The position numbers and the translations under genes are program-made. From Paraspadella gotoi (lineage: Eukaryota > Animalia > Chaetognatha), in NCBI GenBank assembly GCA_051294375.1, contig CM119264.1, forward strand, positions 29,066,204-29,130,203: 64,000 nt of DNA, given 5' to 3'. The notes beneath the pieces are model-generated. The model saw only the letters and a program-made list of their open reading frames with translations. It did no database searches and was not told the origin of the DNA. Below, in pieces: positions 35,409 through 46,345 of this stretch (its first letter is position 1; every line of letters begins with the position of its first letter).

Positions 35409-35783
35409 TTTGGAGGGATTTATGGGATTCGCCAGGGCGAAGGTGGCTCACGTCAAGGGGAGCTTGAGACGCATCGGAGTCTCACGCGCCTCCAAACAGG
35501 GCTGCGAGCGGGCGGCGCTAGTCGACAGATGCAATAGTCTTACTGTATGGATCTAAGAGATAAGAGAGCACACAATAATGACGAGGGAGAGCGGACCAAG
35601 AACCATAGTATTCTGACACATATCATTTATACATATAAAGCACGATACTCTTTTCACTAAAAGGAAACAGGATTAATAAATGATAAGCAATGACAATCAA
35701 TAAAGATTATTTATAACTGAAATGAGTTTATAAATGTTCGTAGTTTCCATCCGAGTCCATCGGCGTCCACGCAATCCGTCTCC
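35409..35783 (-). repeat. 5' LTR (outer end truncated by gap)
   Basis: Direct repeat of 23120-23501 that runs into Ns about 4 nt short of the terminus. Confidence 0.93.
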
Positions 35784-35883
35784 NNNNNNNNNNNNNNNNN
35801 NNNNNNNNNNNNNNNNNNNNNNNNNNNNNNNNNNNNNNNNNNNNNNNNNNNNNNNNNNNNNNNNNNNNNNNNNNNNNNNNNNN

Positions 35884-36673
35884 CATCTCTTCTCACATCT
35901 CCAAAATATCCATCTCTTTCTCACCATCTCCAAATATCCATCTCTTTCTCACCATCTCCAAATATCATCTCTTTCTCACCATCTCAAATATCTATCTCTT
36001 TCTCACCATCTCCAAATATCCATCTCTTTCTCACCATCTCCCAAATATCCATCTCTTCTCACCATCTCCAAATATCCATCTCTTTCTCACCATCTCCAAA
36101 TATCCATCTCTTTCTCACCATCTCCAAATATCTATCTCTTCTCACCATCTCCAAATAATCCATCTCGTCTCACCATCTCCCAAATATCTATCTCTTTCTC
36201 ACCATCTCTAAAATATCCATCTCTTTCTCACCAATCTCCAAATATCCATCTCTTTCTCACCATCTCCAAATATCCATCTCTTTTTCCACCATCTCCAAAT
36301 ATCCATCTCTTTCTCACATCTCCAAATATCCTCTCTTTCTCACCATCTCCAAATATCCATCTCTTTCTCACCATCTTCCAAATATCATCTCTTTCTCACA
36401 TCTCCAATATCTCATCTCTTTCTCACCATCTCCAATATCCATCTCTTTCTCACCATCTCCAAATATCCATCTCGTTCTCACCATCTCCAAATATCTATCT
36501 CTTTCTCACCATCTCTAAATATCCATCTCTTTCTCACCATCTCCAAATATCCATCTCTTTTCTCACCATCTCCAAATATCCATCTCTTTTTCACCATCTC
36601 CAAAATATCCATTCTCTTCTCACCATCTCCAATATCCATCTCTTTTCTCACCATCTTCAAATATCTATCTCTT
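35884..36673 (-). repeat. 28-bp minisatellite in reverse orientation
   Basis: (atctctttctcaccatctccaaatatcc)n is the reverse complement of the 22805-23119 unit. Confidence 0.93.
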
Positions 36674-36677
36674 AAAG

Positions 36678-39235
36678 ATAATTCTTAGCAGACAATCCCG
36701 CCATTAAGGATCGTAGCTTTCGCCCCTTTTCCTCTAAGGGCAAAGCCATCAATGGAACTCGTGTACTTACAGTTGGCATAGTTAACGTAAAGTTTAGAAT
36801 AGATAATACGTACCTTAGAATGAATTGTAGAGTAGTCAAGGCCTAGTTCAGCCAATTATCTTGGCTGGGGACTTTTTCTGTAAATATTCAGCATCTTTAT
36901 GCCCTTCTGAAGGACGACTCAGGTTTCATCGGAAACCAGTCGGTCTCATTAAATAGAGGGATTCTCATCGTATTTCTGGATGCTTCTACCAAGTGCCGGA
37001 AGACACGGTTATCCCGGCCTTATCCAAGATTCATCTCGATGCCGAACTTAAGCTTGACAGTGATCATGCCCCACGAGCGACAAAAACAATTGTCACTGAC
37101 CCATTTCTCAATCATGGAGGTCACGTGTGGGCTTGTAGAGCATGTGCCTACGGTTGATGAGGGCAGATTTCATGACTGAACTCATCAATTGTGGTCCAGT
37201 CAGTATGAAACTGGAGGCTGGACATATCTTGGTTATGCCGAATTTACGGATGATGAACGTTTACAATTTTCTTTGGAAACTGATATGCTCTGCTCTTATC
37301 AAGTGGAGACTCCGCTATGAATCTGGCGAAAGATGAGCAATCTGGAATCGAAAACAACTTAGAAGAGGTTGAAGTGATCTCCTCAGGATTCTGTTAAAGA
37401 AAAGCAGAAGCTTCACCCCAAAGCTTCACCAAAAGTGGAGATAATATTCACCAGGCGCCAAAGAGTTGTCTATTGATACAAAACATGGTAAGGAGGCTCT
37501 CCCCTATAAGACAGACTCAAACATCCTTTTGGAAGTAAAGCACGAGAAAGCATTTCTAAACATAACAGGATATGGGAGGACAATCTAATACAAATACCGA
37601 GCAATCTCAAAGATAGAGATGCTCCACCCATTGCTGTCGCCCCATATACCGTACAAGACCAGAGATGCGTGATTGTGATCAAACAAACAAGCATTCGAGA
37701 TGATTGCTGAACGGACTTATTAGTCATTCAACCAGCCCGTATTCAGCTCCTATCTTGTTAGTTAAAATGAAGTCTGGTGGTTGGAGATTTCTCACCGATT
37801 TTAGAAGAGTGAACGAAAGATGCAATAAAGGTGTCTATCCGTTGCCAAGGATTGAAGACTCAATTCAGCGCCTCGACACCCTAAAATCTTCCACATCTCT
37901 GGACTAACCAAGGTTTCTGGCAAATCCCTATTCACCCCGACGACCGCAAATTTTTTCTTTCTCAACGAATCAATGCATTTGGAGTATCAAGTTGCCCCAA
38001 TGGGTGCTAAAATTCCCCAAGCTGCCTTAGCTCACTCATGCAGCTCGTGCTGCGTGGGTTGCCCCCACACATATCATCAGTTATATGGATGATATTCTGG
38101 TTCAGACAACAACATGGAGGATCACCTCAAACACTTGATCAGGTGGTGACTGCCTTGAAAGGTGCTGGGCTTAAGCTCAAACCCTTCAAAGTGCAAATTT
38201 GCGCAGAGACTGTGGTATGTCTTGGACATAACTTTCTCGAGACGGAATAGCCCAGATCCTGCCAATGTGGAAAAAATCCGTTCATGGAAAGCCCCTGAAG
38301 ACGTCAACGCCTTAAAACATTCCTTGGCTTAACGGGATACTATCGCCATTAATGTTAAAGATTACAGTAAAATTGCTCAACCACTCTCAGACCTTACCCA
38401 TGATGGTGTTGAATGGTCTTGGAAAAGATGTACATCAAAAAGCATTTGAACAACTCAGACATTTTTGATCTCAGATCAAATCATGTCTATTCCTAATTTT
38501 GAAAAACCCTTTATTATTAAAAGTGATGCCTCTCTCCTGGCTGTTGGCTATGTTCTAACCCAGAGATAATGGAAAGAAAAGGGTCATTTCTATGGTCAAA
38601 GAAATTGTCAAAAACCTCAACAAAAATGGTCCACCTTATGATCGAGAATTTTTTGCTCTTTTATGTGCGATTCGCGCCAATTTCATTATTTGAGACATGC
38701 GCAATTTATCGCAATAACAGACCATAGCCTTTAACTTTCTTTGGAAGAAGGTAGATCCTAAGAAGGACGCTACTGGAAGAAGGAGGACCAGATGGGCTAT
38801 CGAGCTGATCAATATGAATTCAGCTCCTACTAAACAAGGCAAAATACATTCTGATGCAGATGCAATGAGCAGGAGAGGTGAAGAAGACGAAGACCCTTGC
38901 GAGGAAGACGATTACGCCACAAGGAGGTATATGACAACGAATGGGCTTTTTAGGCATTGATGCGATAGATGAATCTAATGTTGTCACGCTTAATCGAAAA
39001 GCTCTCGTTTGAACAGAAAGCAAGAAGCCGATTCTATCATTTCTGAGGTTATGGAATTTGTCAGGATGAGAAGAAGACCACCAAATTCATTTCCTGAAAG
39101 TGGTTTTGAGAAATTTTAACAGATTCATCATGCTCAAAAGGTGCTTTGTACGCAAAGGCTTCAATAAAGGTATTCATTCTCCTGTGCTGCAGGCTGTATT
39201 ACCGACAGCCTTGTACAAGAAGTCTTCAGGATCTC
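36678..39235 (+). mobile_element. Inverted partial copy of the same Gypsy pol (PR C-terminus to start of IN)
   Basis: Reverse complement of ~29512-32070, giving peptides such as LVKMKSGGWRFLTDFRRVNERCNK and MTELINCGPVSMKLEAGHIL. Many indels. Followed by about 1.5 units of the 28-mer (39236-39275). Confidence 0.92.
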
Positions 39236-39499
39236 AGATATTTGGAGATGGTGAGAAAGAGATGGATATTTGGAGAAGACTCTGTGCCTGAGGAAGGTTT
39301 TGAGGTTTAAGCAGAGGCGTAATGAGATGGGCGTTGACTAGAAATGTGACCGCCGACTAAAATTGAGAAAGGAGAGAAAAGTCGGTAGAAGGGATTTTTA
39401 GTATTTTTAGTAGTATTTTTACCGCATTTTAAACTCTATAGGTCGTTTTATGTCGTTTTAGCAATTTAATAAGGTCTAAAGATAAATTTAGAATGGGTT

Positions 39500-39590
39500 A
39501 AATAAGGACCCGGGTCAATAATGACCCGGGTCAATAAGGACCCAGGTCAATAAGGACCCAGGTCAATAAGGACCCGGTCAATAAGGACTG
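39500..39590 (+). repeat. 16-bp tandem repeat (aataaggacccgggtc), about 5 copies
   Basis: Read directly from the sequence. Confidence 0.85.
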
Positions 39591-40180
39591 TGAGGCATTT
39601 GTTCAAAGAGATGCTTGGAATCCGGTTTTTCATAATTTTATAGTTATTAGTCAGTTAATAATCACGATTAAGGGGCAGACCTAAGTTTTTAGTTCTACGG
39701 TCATTTGCTGTTTTTGACTAAAATCTCCATCTCTTTATTTTATTTTTTATTTTCTCGTTATTTGTTGCCGCTGACGTAAAACGAAATATTAGGCCAAAAA
39801 AACCATTTTTTTTTGGTATTCGCTTTGCCTTCTCTCCATTACGAAACTTTTCTTCATTCCTGATCCATTTCACATCTCAGTGAGACCGCGTTATGGACGG
39901 AGTCCTGGGCTGCAGGGCGGCAGGGCGGCAGGGCGGCAGGGCGGCAGGGCGGGTTAGGCGCGCAGGCGGGCGGCATGGCGCAGGGCGGTTGCGTAGAGGA
40001 GGGGAAGACGGGAAGGAAACCGACGGCGTCTTATCTTCGAGCGAACACTCTCTCCATTTCTGACGCCGCCGCCGCCGCCGCCGCCGCCCGCCGCCGCCGC
40101 CGCCGCTGCCGCTGCTCGTCTCCGCTCAACCTTTTTTCCTTCCACTCTTCACTTTTAAATCCATTTACATACGCATTTAC

Positions 40181-40236
<56 letters not shown>

Positions 40237-40369
40237 TTGAAGGACAGAACGAAAGACAGACGTATGGGCAGACAGATTATTTTTGAAGAGACGACTTCAA
40301 TACCATTCAACTGAAAAAAAAAAACGACTAAGATTAAGAAGAACCGTTCACAAACAAGTTTCAAAAAGT

Positions 40370-40800
40370 CTGCAGCTGTGTCTTTTTCTGCAGCTTCTCC
40401 GGCCGCTTTTCCAGCTGCTTCTTCTCCAGAATTTCAGGCTGCTTCTTCTGCTGATTTTCGGCTGTTTCTTCTTCTGCTTTTCCGGCTGCTTCTCCTGCTG
40501 ATTTTTCAGCTGCTTCTCCTGCAGCATCTCCGGCTGCTTCTCCTGCTTATTTTCCAGCTGCTATTCCTGTTCTTTTCCGGCTGCTTCTGGGGCTGATTTT
40601 TAGGCTGCTTCTCCTGCTGTTTTTTAAGCTGCTTCTGTTGATTTTTCGGTTGCTTCTCCTGCTGCTTTTCCAGCTGCTTCCCCTGCTGATTTTTCAGCTG
40701 TTTCTCCTGCTGATTTACCAGTTGCTTCTGCAGACTTTCCAGCTGCTTCTGCCGCTTTTCCGCCTGCTTCTCCTACTGATTTTCCAGCTGCTTCTTCCAT
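40370..40800 (+). repeat. 12/24-bp degenerate minisatellite (ctgcttctcctgctgattttccag)
   Basis: Read directly from the sequence. Confidence 0.85.
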
Positions 40801-41780
40801 TCCTCCTTTCTTTCTCATTCAAGCTTCAAAAATTCCTAATTCAGACCAGACAACCTTTTTCCGTAACAATTTTCTTTTTCTAAGATTACTTTCTTTGGAC
40901 CGGAAGACATAAAATCATCGTTTCGTCGCGATTAAAAAGTGTCACGTAAAACGGACGTGAAAACTCACTTCGGTCGACGTCCTTCACATCCGTTGATTTT
41001 GTGACAAGCGTGATGCGGCCGTGAATAATCAAGCGTGACAGTTTTTTCCTTTGCTACTCAAGGATGATTTTTTTTCACGCCGACTCATGCGTGACCTTGT
41101 GCGATGTGTGAAATAGGTGATCTTTTTTTGAATTGAGGAAAGGTTGGATAGACATTGGTCATTGGGCCATTGGGCCATTGGGTCATTGGGCCAAGCATTT
41201 TGACGTTTAGGTATGACATCGATTTGCAATGAAGAGAAATCAATCCAGGATAAGGCTACCGCTATTGTGAAGAAATTCAATTTAGTTGAGATTGTTCACT
41301 GAACTCCCGTGAGAGACAATCTGATGTTAGACAATCGCTGATGTTAGGCAATCAAGTATGAACCGACCCATAGTGTGAGACAATCATTTAGCGTGAGACA
41401 AAAAAAAAGTGTGAGTCGACCTCTAATGTGAGACAAACAATTGTGAGTCGACCTTCAGAGTTCCAACTTCCTTTCACCAAATTCCATTAGAAAAGGTAAA
41501 TAAAAACTCGAGAGGCTCATCAAAGTGAGCAAACGACTGATTTACATCGCGGCATTTTTTTTAAAGAAGCGATATACAGCGATGCAGAACTATCTCAGCA
41601 TTCTCGAGTGGCCTCGGCTAAGAGTCGTTGGAGACGAAGGCACTTAGAAGCCTCGGCCGCCGTGAGCCGAGGAAACATTAGGGTTGAGCCGGAGGGCGAA
41701 GGAAGAAGAACGAGGAATATAAAGAAGAGAAAATGGAGAAAAATAGAGGTAAACAAAGGAGCAAGGGAAGGAGAAAGAAA

Positions 41781-42148
41781 ACAAGAACGATAATTCAAAT
41801 GCGTTGCGCCGCAGTGACTGCCTTATCGCGTGTATTTCTCATGACACGATCTGACATGACATGACGTGACACAACATGACTACATGATTACAATGACTTT
41901 CTTAGCTCGAGTATTTATGTCATGCTCTGCATCAGAATTCGGTCTTTTATGCTATTTTATTTTTAGGATTTACTTAAGGCGGCGCTCGCAGTCCCTTAGA
42001 TTTGAGGTTTTTTTTGTCTTAACAAAAGAGCAACCAACCATAGAAAAATTATGGTTAGACCGAATGACAGACATACCAACGGACCGTCCGACAGACCGAC
42101 CGAAAAGGGACTTATAGAGTTGCTCCGCGAGTACTCGCGGCACAACTA
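41781..42148 (-). mobile_element. HINE/DINE-1-like element, inverted copy
   Basis: Reverse complement of 18946-19245, including the CCGCGAGTACTCGCGG palindrome, the GACC/GACA microsatellite and the 3' subTIR gttgcgccgc (41803). Confidence 0.7.
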
Positions 42149-42247
42149 AAAAGTCGATAGAAAAAAAAAGGAAAGAAAAACGATGTAGTTAAAAGAATCG
42201 TGGAAGGGGGGATTCTTATATATATGTTCCCGCCGTTGGTAGTACAT

Positions 42248-42480
42248 GGATAGGGATTAGGTTAGTGATTATGATAGGATAGGGATAAGGATTAGGTTAG
42301 TGATTAGGATAGGATAGGGATTAAGTAGTGATTAGGATAGGATAGGGATTAGCTTAGTGATTAGGATAGGATAGGGATAGGAATTAGATTAGTGATTAGG
42401 ATAGGATAGGGATAGGAATTAGGTTAGTGATTAGGATAGGATAGGGATAGGGATTAGGTTAGTGATTAGGCGTTAGGGAT
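42248..42480 (+). repeat. ~30-35-bp minisatellite (gattaggttagtgattaggataggatagg)
   Basis: Read directly from the sequence. Confidence 0.85.
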
Positions 42481-42906
42481 AAGGGTTAGAGTTAAAGCTA
42501 AAGGATTAGTGTTTAGGGAGTAGGAGTAGATTTAATAATTGATTAGGGTTAAATATCAGGGTAAAAACGAAGTTCAGGGATTAAAGAACGAAAAGAGGCG
42601 CTTTTGGAAAAGAGAGCCGAAAATTTGTTTTCTCGGCAGTCCGCACTGGATGAACACTAATTACGATAAGTTAAACTATACGCGTAATACACCGACAACC
42701 GGTTTATTTACTATTTAAAAAATAATTTAAAAATGTTTATCTATAAAATAGTCCCACCGCTTTCTCTCTCACACAATCATGTTTACTTTAAAAACAAAAT
42801 TACGACGACGTCGACGGAAGAATGTTTATTTTTCTTGGGAACAAAAAAACAAAACAGAGAATAACAGAGAAAACAAATTGAGAAAGAAAGAAAGAAAGAA
42901 AGAAAG

Positions 42907-42969
<63 letters not shown>

Positions 42970-44517
42970 GATCCACGACGTCGACGCAGCTACGACCATC
43001 AAATCTGATTATACTTTTCTTCTCCTTGTTTTTCGTTTTTCTTAGAAAGAAAAAAAAGAAAAAAAAGACGCTAATTTGAATCTCGTCGAGGGCGCAGCTG
43101 AATCCACGCCACGACGGGGAATGTGGGGTGTTTGAGGGGTGGGGTGGGGTGTTGAAGGAGAAGTGGTGTGTGAGGGGATGTCGGGTGTTGAAGGAGAAGT
43201 GGGTGTTGAGGGGGGGATGTCGGGTGTTGAATGGGAAGGTTGGGTGTTGAGGGGAGAGTTGGGTGTTGAGGGGGAGATGGTTTGAGGGGGTAAGGTAGGG
43301 TGTTGAAGAGGAGGTGGGGTGTTGAGGGGGAGTGGGGTGTTTAGGTGGGAGGTGGGTGTTTTATGGGAGATGGGGTTTTGAGGGAGGGTGGAAAGAGGAA
43401 GTGAAGAGGAGGGGAGGGTGATTATTAATAGAATAATAATATTAATGTTAATAAAAATAGAAGACATCAAACTAGGTCTAAGTTTAAGTCCGAATTTATT
43501 TTTTTATTGTATGTATGTATGAAAAAATTAATAAATTGTGAATTTTAAAAGCGTGTTTGAGTTTTTGTGTTGAAAAAGAAAAAAGTCCTAAGAGGAATAA
43601 AAAGGGGGAGGAGGTCAAGTGGAGGTCAGAGGAGGGTGGGCGAGGGGGCAAAGGGTAGCAAGGAGTTTGGCTACTTGGCTAGGTGGGCGGGCGAGAGGGC
43701 AAAGGAGAGGGCGGGCGAGAGGGCAAAGGAGAGGGTGAAGAGGGGGCGGGTGAGAGGGCGATTTGGTCGGAAGAAAATGGTAATAAGTCAGAGAGTAAGT
43801 TAAAAGTAAGGGCAATAAAATGTGAATCTCATTACAAAGAACACAGATTAGCGATCTTCCCTCTGCCTGTCCATTCGCCTCACTGATAATTTTCTTGGAT
43901 GTGAGAACTAAGGAAAGTTGATTTGCTCAAGTTGTATAATTTTATACAAGTTTAGTATGACAAAAAGGAAATTAAAAGAAGACGCGTGTGATTTTCAAAC
44001 GTCACATTTTGAGGACAGCTGCATCGGACGAATCAAAAGGAGGAAGATGTGCGAGCGAGATTAAATGAAAATAATGCATTAAAGAAAGAGAAAATGAAAA
44101 AAAGAGAAGAAAGAAAGAAAAAAAGAAAGAGAAAAGGAATGAAGGAAAGAAAGAAAGAGAAAAGGAATGAAAGAGAAGAAAGAAAGAAAAAAAGAAAGAG
44201 AAAATGAATGAAGGAAAGAAAGAAAGAGAAAAGGAATGAAAGAGAAAAAAGAAAGAAAGAAAGAAAGAAAGAAGAAAGAAAGAAGAAAGAAAGAAAGAAA
44301 GAAAAGAAAGAAAGAAAGAGAAATGGGAAATGAAAGAGAAAAAGAAGAAAGAAAGAAAAGAAAGAGAAGAAAGAAAGAAAGAAAAGAAAGAAAGAAGAAA
44401 GAAAGAAAGAAAAAGAAAAAATAAATTATAAGGAATATGAGGAACTTTGAGGAAAAAAAAAGTAATATTGAAAAAAAAGGATAACAAGACAGCGAACGAG
44501 GAGAATCCAAACTAAGG

Positions 44518-44555
<38 letters not shown>

Positions 44556-44862
44556 GGTGTCAATTTTGTTTTCGTGCCATGGTTTCCAGATTCTTGATAG
44601 TGCGGTCTTGATAATACAATTTTTTTTTGGTCCCGGATTCAAGTGTTTCACTATTTCGGTCGGGTTCTCCTTTCCGTAATAACTTAGCCCTCGTTGGTTA
44701 TCTCTTCTTTTTCTATACAAACCGTCAATGTGAATGCTCCTTAACCTGACCTTCACCCGGTTCCAGCACCTCTTCCGCCGACCTCAACTAGAAGGAAACT
44801 CGCGTTGAACTCCAGCCTCTTTCATTGTTCGTCGGTTCTCTCTCTCTTCTCCTTTATCTCAC

Positions 44863-44920
<58 letters not shown>

Positions 44921-45944
44921 CTTCNNNNNNNNNNNNNNNNNNNNNNNNNNNNNNNNNNNNNNNNNNNNNNNNNNNNNNNNNNNNNNNNNNNNNNNNNNNN
45001 NNNNNNNNNNNNNNNNNNNNNNNNNNNNNNNNNNNNNNNNNNNNNNNNNNNNNNNNNNNNNNNNNNNNNNNNNNNNNNNNNNNNNNNNNNNNNNNNNNNN
45101 NNNNNNNNNNNNNNNNNNNNNNNNNNNNNNNNNNNNNNNNNNNNNNNNNNNNNNNNNNNNNNNNNNNNNNNNNNNNNNNNNNNNNNNNNNNNNNNNNNNN
45201 NNNNNNNNNNNNNNNNNNNNNNNNNNNNNNNNNNNNNNNNNNNNNNNNNNNNNNNNNNNNNNNNNNNNNNNNNNNNNNNNNNNNNNNNNNNNNNNNNNNN
45301 NNNNNNNNNNNNNNNNNNNNNNNNNNNNNNNNNNNNNNNNNNNNNNNNNNNNNNNNNNNNNNNNNNNNNNNNNNNNNNNNNNNNNNNNNNNNATCCTTCA
45401 CTCTCTGTCACCAACTTTTTCTTGTCTTAAGACTTTCCCTATTTTTTTTTTTCTCTTCCTGAAAATTTTCGATAAATAGTAAATCTGAGATTTTAACTTG
45501 GGTGGATTTTCAAATATATGCATGAAAAAGTTATTGTTGACCGGTTGGACATGACATTGACGTAACGTGATCAACGTATTGACGTCAATACGGATACCAG
45601 AATTAGACATAGTTACATAGTACTTACATACTTAAGGTAGTATTTCTTTTATACAATTTAAACATTCTTTGAAATATTACTATACCACAAGGTTGATTGG
45701 GAAGTGAATAAACTAGACCGTGTGAAAGAGAGTCTCGATTGATTGTCATTATTTGGTAAGAGTAATGGAGGCCCTAAGCCAACAGAGCCTGTCCGAAGTC
45801 AAGGGCTTATTTATCAAACGAATAGATAATTTTATATTAGTTTAACCGATTTCATAAAGTGTTTCCACCAATTAAAGACTAATTTTACTGTCATTTTGTA
45901 TTATACTGGATTTTCTATTCAAGGTGAACATTTAATTACCAACC

Positions 45945-46345
45945 GAGTTTCGATTCAAATGTTGCGTGAATATTTTGCGTTTTCTCGTGAAAGCAAATTG
46001 TTCACGTTGAATTCGTCCGAGTGAATTTCTAACCGTGAAATCTCAGTGAAAATGTTGAGCGGAAAGATGGAAGTCGGAAGGCGTGGAAGGAAACGGGATA
46101 ATTGATCGATTTCTCTCTCTCTCTCTCTCTCTCTCAAACGGAGAGATTCGATTCAAGAAAAATAAGTCGCGTGAAAGATATTTTGCGTTTCTCGTGAAAG
46201 CAAATTTTGTTCACGTTGAACTTCGTTCCGAGTGAATTTCTAACACGTAGAAATCTCAGTATTTTAAATCGTTGAGACAGGAAAAGAATGGAAAAGTATC
46301 GGAAGGCGTGGAAGGAATCGTGGATAATAAGAGTCGATTTTCAGC
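45945..46345 (+). repeat. ~200-bp tandem duplication separated by (CT)n
   Basis: tattttgcgttt(t)ctcgtgaaagcaaatt...ttcacgttgaa...ggaaggcgtggaagg occurs at ~45970 and ~46180. Confidence 0.85.

Larger units (their letters stand above)
23120..35783 (-). mobile_element. Full-length Ty3/Gypsy LTR retrotransposon (~12.7 kb) with two accessory ORF regions
   Basis: Paired direct LTRs, PBS, PPT, gag and PR-RT-RH-IN domain order, all on the minus strand. Confidence 0.96.

Noticed and set aside
35734-36675. 313-aa ORF
   Set aside because: Spans an N-gap and the 28-bp minisatellite.
40378-40883. AAGKSAGEA-type repetitive ORFs
   Set aside because: Products of a 12/24-bp minisatellite with in-frame stops.
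42248-42520. TTAGG/TTAGGG-containing tract resembling telomeric repeats
   Set aside because: The motifs are embedded in a longer gattaggatagg minisatellite and do not form a pure telomeric array.
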